Shown here piece by piece: positions 26,063 to 35,564 of a stretch of DNA of 35,564 nucleotides. Made by a program: the position numbers and the translations under genes. The notes beneath the pieces were generated by a model, which saw nothing but the letters and a program-made list of their open reading frames with translations, did not search any database and was not told the DNA's origin. The first letter of the stretch is position 1. Every line of letters begins with the position of its first letter. The stretch spans positions 3,526-39,089 of the forward strand of contig JAVZGN010000008.1 of NCBI GenBank assembly GCA_038872135.1, in the 5' to 3' direction. Origin of the DNA: Candidatus Hadarchaeales archaeon (GTDB taxonomy: Archaea > Hadarchaeota > Hadarchaeia > Hadarchaeales > Hadarchaeaceae).

Positions 26063-27599
26063 AATTTACCACCTCCAGCCCATGTGTCTTTAGATCAACA
26101 ATTGGGACATAGCCTGGCGTTGGATTCACCCCAAGCTTCTGCATGTAGATTGTTATGTCCTGAAAAGTTCCTGAGTTAACCAGCAGGACATCCCGGTATC
26201 TGTCGCTACCATAGATGTGAACATGCCCACAATGGAAGATATCTGGAACTTCGTCTATAACCATCCAATCTCTTTCCTCCGGTGAAATGAGCACTTTTCC
26301 CCCGTAAATCGGGGAAAGATGTCTTTTCTGAAGCAACTTTTTCATCATCGCCACCGGCTCCTGCCTCTTCATTCCGGGAATCCCCACAACCAAATCATCA
26401 AAGCTGCGCCCATGATAGACCAAAAAGTGAACCCCCTCGATTGAAAGTGTTGCAGGATTTCCAACCATCACAAATCCTCTTTCATACAGCGGCCCAGCGA
26501 TATCGCGGAAAATTGCCGGCTGCGGCTCCGCCTGCCTCACAGCATCGTGGTTGCCAGGAGCTATGATAACTGTGATGTAATCTGGCAACTCCGAAAGCAG
26601 CCTGGCCGCCGCCCCATACTGCTCATAAATATCTTTTATCAGCAGCTCCTCGTCCTGCTCCGGATAAACCCCTATGCCATCCACAACATCCCCGGCCACA
26701 ACAACATACTTTATCTTTCCCGCCACCTCCATCTCCCTCTCACTTTCACCACCCTCCCTGATCCATCTCAAAAACTTCATGAATGATTCCTCCCGAAACT
26801 TTTGACTTCCTATGTGCAGGTCGGAAATCAGCGCCGCGGCAACAGGGATATCCGAAAACCTTTTCTCCCTCTTAACCGGGACCTCCGGCCACAGGATGTC
26901 CCTCACAAAAATCCGCGGAGGATCGCCACTCCTAACAGTCCCAATCACCCCAATCACCTCATCCGTCACAACATCGTCTGCCTTCTCCAGCATCTTTTCA
27001 TCCCCCCTGTAAACTATCGCCAGCGCCCTGCCGGTAGCGTCCTCAAGCTCTATCAAAACACTCCCAGTCGAAGCCTTTCTTTTGTCTGCTACCATTCCAA
27101 TAACCGCGACGCTCTCCCGATCGGACATCCCCCGAAGCGCCCGAAGGGAAGATGCATTCACCAGCTCCGGCCTCATCCGCAAAATCTTTGAAAGGTTCTC
27201 CAGTCTGTTATTGAACATTTTTACAAAATTGTCGAAATTCCCGGTGGAATAGCTTTTCCCGGTGATCTCCTTCAGGACCTGAACATTTGCCGAGTACTCC
27301 TTTGCAACAGGTTTGAACCTAGTATGTGAGAGTTCCTTCAGTTGCTCCTCCTTTCGCGCCACTTCCGGTAGCTTCTCCTGAAATACTTTGATAGGTGAAA
27401 TCATCTGCCCCCCCTCCAGCACCTTCATCACCATCTCCCCGGTGATCAGCGGTGGCTTCTGTTCCATCTCCCTTATCTTTCCGATTACCATCTCTGCGAC
27501 GGCCTCGGCATTCTCCCTCTGCATTATCACCTGAAGGGCGCTCTCCGCCACCTGCACCTCTGCATCCATAAATTTCTTCAGAATCTCTTCAATCTCCAT
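26055..27599 (-). CDS. polB: DNA polymerase D small subunit DP1 (proofreading exonuclease)
   Basis: OB fold plus metallophosphoesterase motifs SDLHIGS, GDVVDGIGVYP, PGNHD, YHG, GHVH. Confidence 0.97.
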   Translation of the reverse strand: MEIEEILKKFMDAEVQVAESALQVIMQRENAEAVAEMVIGKIREMEQKPPLITGEMVMKVLEGGQMISPIKVFQEKLPEVARKEEQLKELSHTRFKPVAKEYSANVQVLKEITGKSYSTGNFDNFVKMFNNRLENLSKILRMRPELVNASSLRALRGMSDRESVAVIGMVADKRKASTGSVLIELEDATGRALAIVYRGDEKMLEKADDVVTDEVIGVIGTVRSGDPPRIFVRDILWPEVPVKREKRFSDIPVAAALISDLHIGSQKFREESFMKFLRWIREGGESEREMEVAGKIKYVVVAGDVVDGIGVYPEQDEELLIKDIYEQYGAAARLLSELPDYITVIIAPGNHDAVRQAEPQPAIFRDIAGPLYERGFVMVGNPATLSIEGVHFLVYHGRSFDDLVVGIPGMKRQEPVAMMKKLLQKRHLSPIYGGKVLISPEERDWMVIDEVPDIFHCGHVHIYGSDRYRDVLLVNSGTFQDITIYMQKLGVNPTPGYVPIVDLKTHGLEVVNFA

Positions 27600-28868
27600 C
27601 TAACCGCCCGGAACGACATCGACAAAACTGCTCGCTTTCAAATCGCTGAAAAAATAATCCTGCAGAACTGCCGCCTGAACCTGCAGCGGGTGAATCTCCA
27701 GCTTTATCTCCTTTGTCCTCCCATACCGCCCGTTGTTCACTATCTTTGCCTCTATTATTCCGAGAACATCCAGCTCCGATACGAGATCGCTCACCCTCCG
27801 CCTCGTGAGTGGCTCAATTCCCATCTGCCTGCACAGCTCCCTATAGATTTCATAGACATTCCCGCTCACAACAGGTCTACCAACAGTTCTCTCGGCCAGT
27901 GTGGCAATCCCATAGAGAACTATCTTCGACTGAACCGGGAGAGTTTTTATGACCTCGATTGTGTGATCCAGTTCTATTCTCTCATGAGCCTTCCTCACAT
28001 GCTCCGGGGTCACCTTCTCCATTCCCTCTGCCTCCGCCACCTCTCCCGCAGCCCTCAGAAGATCCAGCGCCCGTCTGGCATCCCCATGCTCCCTAGCTGC
28101 ATAGGCTGCACACAAAGAAATCACCCCCTCCTCCAGGGCTCCCTCCACAAAGCTCATCTCAGCCCTCTGACACAGGATGTCCCTCAGCTGCTTTCCATTG
28201 TAGGGCGGGAAAACTATCTCCTCCTCCCCAAAACTGCTCTTCACCCTAGAGTCCAGAAACTCCATGAAACGCAGATCGTTGGAAATTCCGATGATGCTCA
28301 CCTTGGCATTCTTCAGCTCTGAGTTTATTCTGGTCAAGCTGTAGAGGACATCAACCCCGCCATTTCCCACCAGTTGATCAACTTCGTCCAGGATTATCAC
28401 CGCAAACTGCTTCTCCTCATCAAGTGCCCTCACAAAGCTCCTGTAAACTTCATCTGTGGGCCATCCCGTTCTCGGAACTCTCTGAGGCAGCCCCGTCCTC
28501 TCGAAAAACTCTCTCCCGCAGCCCTCAAGAAATGTATCTGCAAGCTTTGCCAGCACCCGATACTGTGTGTTTACTATCTCGCAATTTACATACACCACCT
28601 TCACCTTCGCCCCCGCCTTCCCTCCAGCCCTCTCAAGCTCTCCCACCACGTGATTCACAGTCGCCGTCTTGCCAGTTCCCGGCTTTCCATACACAAGGAT
28701 GTTGGATGGCGTCTCCCCCCTCAGTGGCGCCACGAGAATTCTCGCAAGCTGACTTATCTGCTCATCTCTGTGTGGCAGTTTTTCCGGCACATATGTCGGC
28801 CGAAGGTATTCCCTGTTTTTAAAGATTGGCTTGGCCTTCAAAATCATGTCAAAAATTCCCTCCACCAT
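27600..28868 (-). CDS. cdc6: Orc1/Cdc6 replication initiator
   Basis: YVPEKLPHRDEQI, GKPGTGKT, ILDEVD, GDARRALDLLR, winged helix with GRYGRT; ATG 28868 behind GGAGGCG. Confidence 0.97.
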   Translation of the reverse strand: MVEGIFDMILKAKPIFKNREYLRPTYVPEKLPHRDEQISQLARILVAPLRGETPSNILVYGKPGTGKTATVNHVVGELERAGGKAGAKVKVVYVNCEIVNTQYRVLAKLADTFLEGCGREFFERTGLPQRVPRTGWPTDEVYRSFVRALDEEKQFAVIILDEVDQLVGNGGVDVLYSLTRINSELKNAKVSIIGISNDLRFMEFLDSRVKSSFGEEEIVFPPYNGKQLRDILCQRAEMSFVEGALEEGVISLCAAYAAREHGDARRALDLLRAAGEVAEAEGMEKVTPEHVRKAHERIELDHTIEVIKTLPVQSKIVLYGIATLAERTVGRPVVSGNVYEIYRELCRQMGIEPLTRRRVSDLVSELDVLGIIEAKIVNNGRYGRTKEIKLEIHPLQVQAAVLQDYFFSDLKASSFVDVVPGG

Positions 28869-29359
28869 TTCGCCTCCGCCTCCTCTCCATATCCTTCTAA
28901 AAAGTTCTCTATGCTTCTTATCCAAGACTCCACCGTTTTAGCCAGCTGATTAACCAAAAATTTCTCCTCCGGCTGGATATTCGCCCCTTCCTCCGGTGAA
29001 AGAGCTTGGAGCAAAAGTTTTGGAAGTCTCGCGTGTATTATCGCAATTGCTCTCTTCTTCATCTCCTCTGCTCCTTCTTTCTCCCCGACCGCTTTCAAGG
29101 AAGAGATTTCATTTCCGACGAGAAGGTAGAATCCCTCAGGCAGTTCACACAATTTCTCGCTCCTCTCCTCCGAGATCACTATGTTTCTCAGCTCCGCCGA
29201 AAGTATCCTTTTTCTCTCCAAAACTCCGTGCTTCTCAAGAATCTCTGCCTCCCAGCAATTGAGCATCGTCTCATCCCCCTTTTCAAAGGGCCCAAGTTTT
29301 TTCTTGGAGTAGACCAGCTGTGGTAGGTCTTTGACAAAAACTACTTTCTGCTTCATCAT
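28844..29359 (-). CDS. GINS subunit, Gins23-like (B-domain first)
   Basis: LGPFEKGD...WEAEILEKHG, LCELPEGFY, NIQPEEK; directly downstream of mcm. Confidence 0.85.
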   Translation of the reverse strand: MMKQKVVFVKDLPQLVYSKKKLGPFEKGDETMLNCWEAEILEKHGVLERKRILSAELRNIVISEERSEKLCELPEGFYLLVGNEISSLKAVGEKEGAEEMKKRAIAIIHARLPKLLLQALSPEEGANIQPEEKFLVNQLAKTVESWIRSIENFLEGYGEEAEAKWWREFLT

Positions 29360-31365
29360 TTCACCCTAGCCACAAACTCCGGTTGCGGGACCCACAGCGA
29401 CCCCCGCTGGATCTCCTTCTCCAACACCTGCTCAACAAATCTTTCGCTGATGTTCTTCTCCTTCGCTCTTTCTATTATTTCTTTCTTGGGCGCTGCCCCG
29501 CCATATTGCTCCTCAAGCTCTTTCACTATGTCAAAGATCATCGCAATCTGCTCCCTCTGAGAGCGAGGCATTCCCGTGAATATCAGATCAACATCAACAA
29601 CCCTTTTCTCCAAGTCCAACCCCACCTGCTCCAAGCTCTTCTTCACCAGCTCTATCGCTCTCGTGGCATCCTCAACTGTAACTTCATTGCTCAGCCTCAT
29701 TCTCGCGTAAGATTTTGCTAGTCTCACCAACGCCTCAAGCTGTCTGACGGTTATTGGGATTGGATTTTTCATTGCGGCTGCAGTTTTTCTCCAGTCAACG
29801 TAGAAATCTGAAATCACTTTCTGAACCTCTTTGCTCTTGAGCTCTGGGTGAATGTTCTTCTTCGCATAAATTATCATCTTGCGCAACATCTCCGGCGAGA
29901 TCGGGGGGGCCTTCACTTTCTTTGCATGGATCTGAAGAACATGCTGACTGAGCGCCCTGTCTTCTTCAACCGATGGACGATCATGCATTATAAAAATGAG
30001 ATCAAATCTTGAAAGGAGAACTGGATCGATTGCCAGCTGTTCTGGAACCGTCCTCTCATCATCGAATCTTCCCCACCTCGGGTTTGTGGCCGCAAGGACT
30101 GCTGTCCTTGTATTTAAAGTTGCGACTATCCCTGCCTTCGCAACACTTATTGTCTGCTGCTCCATGCTCTCCAGAAGCGCCCCAGACTCCTGTGGATCCA
30201 TCTTCTCAAACTCATCTATACATGCAATTCCCCCATCTGCTATCACGAGCGCCCCGGCCTCCAGCGTCCAGCTGCCTCCCAGGAGTTCATCCCTCACCGC
30301 GGCTGCCGTCAGCCCCGCCCCGGTGGTTTTCTTTCCAGAGGTGTATATGCCTCTTGGAGCGACATCTCCCACCCACTTCAAAAGCTGGCTTTTTGCCGTG
30401 CCGGGATCGCCCACTAACAGGATGTGAGAATCACCCCTGATTCTTGTGCCATCGGGGAGCTCCACTGGATCGCAGCCAAAGAGCTGAAGAGCGATGGCTT
30501 CTTTAACCAAATCATGACCCTTTATCGCCGGGGCTATCGACTGAATCACTTTTCTTGCCAGCCAAGGGTCTTTCGCCAGTTCTTTGATCTTTTCCTCGTC
30601 CTCCGGCTTCACTTCTGCCTCTTCTATGCCCTTCTGCAGGACCTCGATGTGATTGACAAAGAGGACCGTCATGAAAACTCTTCCCTTTTGGCCCCCCTTT
30701 CTTGTGAGCCTCTCCTGAAGGGGATAGAGAATACCAGTGATCACAACATGGTTTCCGGGAATGGCTTTCTCCACAAAATCGTCTCTGACTATTCCGTTTA
30801 GATAGCGGGGCATCCTCCCGCCCCTGAGCTTGGCCGGTGGCTCCTGAATCCTCACACTCTGCCAGTCGCGGAACTCTGTTTCTTCCACTACTAGGTCAAA
30901 GGATCTCTTCCCCCTGCAGTTGACGTTTGGACATGAGGGGGGCTCAACCAGAAACTCCCCCACCTGCTGGACCCTCGCCTCCTCACCGCATTTCCTGCAG
31001 CGAAAGACCGCTACAGTTGCTTCCGGCCGCACATCGCTTGACCTTACCATTATTCCCTCAACCTGAATAAATTTCCCGAGATGGGCGGCCCTTATGTTCC
31101 TTATGTCAACGCTCTGCCCCAAACCCTTGATCCGCAGGCAGGCCTTTGGAATTTTTGTTATCCTGCTCAAAATTTCATCGGCTTCTTGGAAGAAATCTTT
31201 CGGAAAATCGAGCAAATAGGTTGCCAACTCCTCGCTAAACTCGAGCAATGTTGTATATTCAACCACCAAAGACTTCTGCCCCGCTGATGCCAACCTATGA
31301 AACTCTTTCAAGAACTTCGGCTGGTGTAAGAAATCCTCCAGTTTCTCCTTTAGCTTTTTATCCAT
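29356..31365 (-). CDS. mcm: Replicative helicase MCM
   Basis: Zn finger CRKC...CPNVNC, GDPGTAKSQ, GLTAAAVRD, CIDEFEKM, MEQQTISVAKAG, SRFD, ITVRQLE; no intein. Confidence 0.98.
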   Translation of the reverse strand: MDKKLKEKLEDFLHQPKFLKEFHRLASAGQKSLVVEYTTLLEFSEELATYLLDFPKDFFQEADEILSRITKIPKACLRIKGLGQSVDIRNIRAAHLGKFIQVEGIMVRSSDVRPEATVAVFRCRKCGEEARVQQVGEFLVEPPSCPNVNCRGKRSFDLVVEETEFRDWQSVRIQEPPAKLRGGRMPRYLNGIVRDDFVEKAIPGNHVVITGILYPLQERLTRKGGQKGRVFMTVLFVNHIEVLQKGIEEAEVKPEDEEKIKELAKDPWLARKVIQSIAPAIKGHDLVKEAIALQLFGCDPVELPDGTRIRGDSHILLVGDPGTAKSQLLKWVGDVAPRGIYTSGKKTTGAGLTAAAVRDELLGGSWTLEAGALVIADGGIACIDEFEKMDPQESGALLESMEQQTISVAKAGIVATLNTRTAVLAATNPRWGRFDDERTVPEQLAIDPVLLSRFDLIFIMHDRPSVEEDRALSQHVLQIHAKKVKAPPISPEMLRKMIIYAKKNIHPELKSKEVQKVISDFYVDWRKTAAAMKNPIPITVRQLEALVRLAKSYARMRLSNEVTVEDATRAIELVKKSLEQVGLDLEKRVVDVDLIFTGMPRSQREQIAMIFDIVKELEEQYGGAAPKKEIIERAKEKNISERFVEQVLEKEIQRGSLWVPQPEFVARVK

Positions 31366-31399
31366 CTACCCTCACCCTCTCGTCTGTGTGAAATCGATG

Positions 31400-31726
31400 C
31401 TGGTAGATTTACTTTTATCCGTGTAAAAAAATTTTCAAATCTAAATATTTTGAAAAATAAATTTTTCTCATTTTTAAGGCTTGAGTGCAAATTTTTCACA
31501 TCCCGGCTCGTGGGATGCTGCTTCTCAAAATTTCTCGCTAAAACCACCATTTATCCCCCAGAAAAATAATTGGCTAAAGAGTATTCCTCGTTTTTTATCA
31601 GGAGGGGGTAAAAGTATTCCATTCAGAAGAAATTGAGCATATTTTCGGTGAAAATTCAAAAATAGAGAATTCTCTTCTTTAATTTTGTTCTCCAGTGGAA
31701 TCAGTGGAAACCAGTGGCACTAGGGG
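31400..31726. other. Candidate replication origin: AT-rich unwinding region plus ORB-like repeats
   Basis: Most AT-rich stretch of the window; TCCAGTGGAA, TCAGTGGAAAC and CCAGTGGCACTAGGGG at 31691-31726 resemble the ORB core TCCAGTGGAAAC plus G-string; heads the replication operon. Confidence 0.7.
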
Positions 31727-33018
31727 ATAGAAACATATTCATAGGCTTCGGTGAGCGACTCAAAACAGTAATGAACCTTTTGAAAGTCCTTCCTGAACTC
31801 CGCGACCTCGGCTGCAATCTTTTCCTCCGGCTCCTTCTCAACCACAACTCTAGCGATGAACTCTGCGATTGTCTCCATCTCCCCCTCCTTCATCCCAAGC
31901 CTTGTGACTTCCGATGTCCCCATTCTGATGCCGCCGGGATTTTTGTAGTGTCTCCCCTCCCTCGGATCCCAGGGAAGAAGATTCCTGTTGAGGATAATGT
32001 TTGCCCTTTCAAGGTTTTTCTCCAGCGTCCCTCCATCCCCAAACTCTGTGACATCAACAAGAACCGTGTGGGACTGAGTATACCCAAGTTCTGGGCATAA
32101 AACCTTAAGTCCCCGGCTGTGGAGGGCCTTTGCAAGAGCCTTTGCATTTTTCACTATCTGGGCCGCATAATCTTTTCCGAACTCAAGCATCTCTGCTAGA
32201 GCCACCGCCAGCGCCGCTACCGAGTGGAGGTGATGATTGCTCACAACCCCCGGAAACACCGCTCTGTTGATGGCCTCCGCCAACTCCTTTGTGCACAGGA
32301 TCATGCCATGCTGTGGGCCTGGGAGGGTTTTGTGAGTGCTACAGGTCATTACTTCTGCCCCTTCCCTCAGAGGATCCTGAAACTGGCCCCCCGCGATGAG
32401 CCCTGAGACATGAGCCGCATCATACATCACCCTCGCCCCATTCTCCTTTGCGACCTTGCTCAGCTCCTTCACCGGGTGAGGAAAAAGAAAGACGCTTCCA
32501 CCGAAAGTTACAAGCTTCGGTTTTACCTCTTCTATCTTTCTGGCCGCCGCCTCCACATCTATGTTCATCTTTTTCTCATCAAAAGGCAGATAATCTACCT
32601 CCAGCCCATGAACTGCCCCAGCCGTTCCTCCAAACTTTTTCTTCCCCATGCTGATGTGGCCGCCAGACGCTATCGAAAGGCACAACATTGTATCCCCCGG
32701 CTCAGTCAGAGCGGTGTATGCAGCGAGATTTGCCGTCAGCCCTGAAACTGGCTGAACATTCGCATGCTCGGCCTTGAAAAGCTCTCTTGCTAGATCCATG
32801 GCCAACAATTCTACTTGGTCTATGTAAATGCATCCGGCGTAGACCCTTTCACCCGGCCATCCCTCGGCATAGCGGTGTTGAAAGTCGCATATCAGAGCCT
32901 CTCTAACAGCGGGGCTGGTGATGTTCTCGCTGGCAATCAATGGAATGGAAGATTTTAACCACTCGTGGTGCTTGCGCATAAGCTCCTTCGTCCTTTGGTA
33001 TGCTTCTCTTGCATTCAT
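31720..33018 (-). CDS. glyA: Serine hydroxymethyltransferase
   Basis: LIASEN, YAEGWPGERVYAGC, GGHIS, YDAAHV, PLP lysine in STHKTLPGPQ. Confidence 0.97.
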   Translation of the reverse strand: MNAREAYQRTKELMRKHHEWLKSSIPLIASENITSPAVREALICDFQHRYAEGWPGERVYAGCIYIDQVELLAMDLARELFKAEHANVQPVSGLTANLAAYTALTEPGDTMLCLSIASGGHISMGKKKFGGTAGAVHGLEVDYLPFDEKKMNIDVEAAARKIEEVKPKLVTFGGSVFLFPHPVKELSKVAKENGARVMYDAAHVSGLIAGGQFQDPLREGAEVMTCSTHKTLPGPQHGMILCTKELAEAINRAVFPGVVSNHHLHSVAALAVALAEMLEFGKDYAAQIVKNAKALAKALHSRGLKVLCPELGYTQSHTVLVDVTEFGDGGTLEKNLERANIILNRNLLPWDPREGRHYKNPGGIRMGTSEVTRLGMKEGEMETIAEFIARVVVEKEPEEKIAAEVAEFRKDFQKVHYCFESLTEAYEYVSIP

Positions 33019-34232
33019 TTGACCAACCTTTCCAACTCCTCCACCTGTCCTCGAATTTCTATTGGTTTTTCAGATATATCTATTGCCACCTCGGGATCTT
33101 TGAGGAGATGGCCGGTCGCCACACAAACAACTGTCTCCTCCCTACTGATTTCCCCACTCCTGAGAAATTTCATGAGACCAGCCACAGAAGCTGCGCTAGC
33201 CGGCTCCACCCCTATCCCCTCAAGCCTTGCAATCATCTTCTGCGCCCTGATTATCTCCTCATCTGTAACAGCTTCCGCATTCCCCTTTGACTCCTTTATT
33301 GCCATTATTGCCTTTATACCGTTCACAGGGTTCCCAATTCTGATAGCGGTGGCGATTGTCTCGGGGTTTTTTACCGGGGTGAAGTCCATTCGTCCCTCTT
33401 TTATTGCATTAACTACCGGCATCGCTCCAGAAGCCTGAACCCCCATCATTTTTGGAATCCTTTTTGTAAGCCCAACCATCTTCATCTCCAGGAACCCCTT
33501 GTAAATGGCCCAGATGTTCGCACAATTTCCCATTGGAACTATCACCCTGTCCGGTGTCTTCCATCCAAGCTGATCTGCTATCTCGAACCCGATAGACTTC
33601 TGCCCCTGGAGTCTGAAAGGATTGAGAGAGTTCAAGAGATATATTTCTTTATGTTTCATGCAAATCTCCTTGACAAGAGCTAAGGCCTTATCAAAATTCC
33701 CCTTTATCTCCAGAACTTTTGCTCCAAATATCATTGTTTGGGTGAGCTTCCCGAGGGCGACTTTTCCTTTTGGAAGAATTACAAGACACCTCAGCCCGGC
33801 CTTGGCCGCATAGGCCGCAAGGGATGCCGATGTGTTTCCCGTCGAAGCACACGCCACAGTTCTCGCCCCAAACTCAAGGGCCTTTGTTATCCCCACCGTC
33901 ATTCCCCTATCTTTGAAAGAGCCAGTTGGATTTGCACCCTCAAACTTTATGTAGAGGTTTTCTATGCCGATTTCTTTTGCCAGCCGTCCACACCTGTAAA
34001 GGGGCGTCCCTCCTTCTCCCAGAGTAACTATTTTTGAATCGTCTAAAACCGGCATGAAGGCCCGATATTTCCATACACTTGGGGGGGCTGTCTTGAGTTG
34101 CACGCGGTCAAGCTTCTTTTTGATTTCATTTGCATCTATTTCCACCTCAAGGAGCCCCCCGCATTTCGGACAGGTGTAAAACCTTTCAGCTATCCTAAAG
34201 CTGCTGCCACAGCCTATGCACTCAAGTCGCAA
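33015..34232 (-). CDS. thrC: Threonine synthase
   Basis: N-terminal Zn ribbon, LGEGGTPL, NPTGSFKDRG, ASTGNTSAS, EPASAA, TGHLLKD. Confidence 0.96.
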   Translation of the reverse strand: MRLECIGCGSSFRIAERFYTCPKCGGLLEVEIDANEIKKKLDRVQLKTAPPSVWKYRAFMPVLDDSKIVTLGEGGTPLYRCGRLAKEIGIENLYIKFEGANPTGSFKDRGMTVGITKALEFGARTVACASTGNTSASLAAYAAKAGLRCLVILPKGKVALGKLTQTMIFGAKVLEIKGNFDKALALVKEICMKHKEIYLLNSLNPFRLQGQKSIGFEIADQLGWKTPDRVIVPMGNCANIWAIYKGFLEMKMVGLTKRIPKMMGVQASGAMPVVNAIKEGRMDFTPVKNPETIATAIRIGNPVNGIKAIMAIKESKGNAEAVTDEEIIRAQKMIARLEGIGVEPASAASVAGLMKFLRSGEISREETVVCVATGHLLKDPEVAIDISEKPIEIRGQVEELERLVK

Positions 34233-34234
34233 GC

Positions 34235-35248
34235 TCAGCCCCCGATTGTGTGATGGATATCAATGAGATCTCCAAGAAGCGAACTGGAGGTCTCCTTTGG
34301 ACCTGCACCAAACCCAGTTATGGAAATCTCTCTCGCCAAGTCGAGTTTCAAGGTGACTGCGTTCAAGGTTCCTCCAACCGCTAGAGGATGCTCGAGAGGC
34401 ACAAGCCTTGGGGATACCTCAAGATATCCTCTCCTCGCGATTCCAACCAGCTTGATGACCTTTCCTGTTTCCTTCGCCAGCCTGATGGCCTCTGGGGTAA
34501 TCTTTCTTATCCCACATCGCCTAACATCCTCCAGCCTCGCATCCTCCCTCAGAAGAGCATTCGAAAGGATAACGAGTTTGCAGGAAGTGTCGATTCCCTC
34601 CACGTCTAGAGTTGGATCTTTTTCTGCTATGCCGAGTTCTTGAGCCTCTCTCAACACAAGATCGAATGGAGCTCCCTCTTCAGCCATCCTCGTGAGGATG
34701 TAGTTCGTCGTGCCGTTGAGGACCCCGCGAATCTCCTCAATTTCATTCCCAGAGAGAAGCTTCTTCCCCAAGGAGATCACCGGGATTGCTCCCCCAACCG
34801 AGGCCGAGTACCTGAATTCCACCCCCATCTCCCTTGCAAGATCTTCAAGTTTCCTGAAAGCCACCACTAGCGGACCTTTGTTTGAAGTTATCACATGCTT
34901 TCTTTCCTCCATTGCCACCTTTATGTGGGAGAGACCTGGCTCTCCCGTCTTTATGTTTGTGGGTGTGAGCTCGAAGATAACATCTGCTCTTGCTTCTTTG
35001 ATCATCTCAATGACTTGAAAACCCTTTTTAGCTCCTGGAAAATCTGCAATCTTGCCACCCTTTTCGGCCATTGCCTTCAGCTTTTTGGGTGGAATTCCAG
35101 CATCGTCTATCACTGCACCTGTTTCATCGGCTATTGCAACTACCCGGGGCACCAATCCATGCCTCTTGCGCAAGAATTCTCCCTTTTCCACCAGCGCTCT
35201 GCTCAGGCCTCTCCCCAGATTGCCAAAGCCAATCAGCGCGATTCTCAT
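34235..35248 (-). CDS. hom: Homoserine dehydrogenase
   Basis: GFGNLG, VITSNKGP, ASVGGAIP, GVLNGTTNYIL, AEKDPTLDVEG, GAGPKET. Confidence 0.96.
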   Translation of the reverse strand: MRIALIGFGNLGRGLSRALVEKGEFLRKRHGLVPRVVAIADETGAVIDDAGIPPKKLKAMAEKGGKIADFPGAKKGFQVIEMIKEARADVIFELTPTNIKTGEPGLSHIKVAMEERKHVITSNKGPLVVAFRKLEDLAREMGVEFRYSASVGGAIPVISLGKKLLSGNEIEEIRGVLNGTTNYILTRMAEEGAPFDLVLREAQELGIAEKDPTLDVEGIDTSCKLVILSNALLREDARLEDVRRCGIRKITPEAIRLAKETGKVIKLVGIARRGYLEVSPRLVPLEHPLAVGGTLNAVTLKLDLAREISITGFGAGPKETSSSLLGDLIDIHHTIGG

Positions 35249-35562
35249 TCTTCCTCCTCCAGAGATAGAATCAAGAGAAGATTTTTCTTCCGGGAGATTT
35301 CTTCAAGTTTTTGTAGCGCTAAATTTCTCTTCTTCATATCGGCTGCTGTGATCGTCATCCTCGCCGCAGACTCCGTTCCAATTTCGCTCACGGCCATGCT
35401 GAAGTCTGAAACCCTTACTCCATTCAAGGCATTCAACCTGTCAATCGTGTCCCTGATGTCTGTGTGAATGATGTGACCAATTAAAACAACTGTGGCTTTA
35501 ACGGCCTTTAGGCTCTCACCAAGCTGGGTAACTCTGATTCCTCTATCCTTGAGGGCTGCGAG
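35245..35562 (-). CDS. ACT-domain protein associated with hom (5' end outside the window)
   Basis: Frame is open to the window edge: LAALKDRGIRVTQLGESLKAVKATVVLIGHIIHTDIRDTIDRLN..., like the archaeal ACT proteins found upstream of hom. Confidence 0.85.
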   Translation of the reverse strand, partial: LAALKDRGIRVTQLGESLKAVKATVVLIGHIIHTDIRDTIDRLNALNGVRVSDFSMAVSEIGTESAARMTITAADMKKRNLALQKLEEISRKKNLLLILSLEEEE

Positions 35563-35564
35563 AA

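Noticed and set aside
31691-31720. CRISPR or minisatellite reading of the CAGTGG repeats
   Set aside because: Units of 9-10 bp without spacers; they fit ORB cores better. I saw no CRISPR array, transposase, integrase, tRNA or rRNA gene in the window.

Overview
Archaeal chromosomal window, densely coding and mostly housekeeping. Markers are PolD, Gins23, RadA, an A-type ATPase, GGAGGTGA-type SD sites and frequent TTG starts; the lineage cannot be fixed from this window alone. In order it holds: an A1Ao ATP synthase locus split into two divergent arms (atpA leftwards, atpH-I-K-E-C-F-D rightwards); a divergent secF/secD-like pair; a small two-gene nucleotidyltransferase module; trmI, an EamA transporter, coaBC plus pantoate kinase and a nitroreductase; a stand-alone CARF-like gene; ABCE1, an Sm protein and radA; a SerK-like kinase coupled to an ApgM-family gene; about 540 bp of apparently non-coding, highly pairable sequence; a tightly coupled mcm-gins23-cdc6-DP1-HAD-DP2 operon behind an AT-rich, ORB-bearing candidate origin; and an ACT-hom-thrC-glyA operon. 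The best leads are the unexplained structured-RNA candidates at 20.9-21.4 kb, a possible ThrB-independent homoserine phosphorylation route (SerK-like plus ApgM-like), the orphan CARF protein, CTG-initiated genes, the bidirectional ATP synthase promoter and SecDF lacking its usual carboxylates. All family calls come from motif recognition by eye; no searches or folding programs were run.
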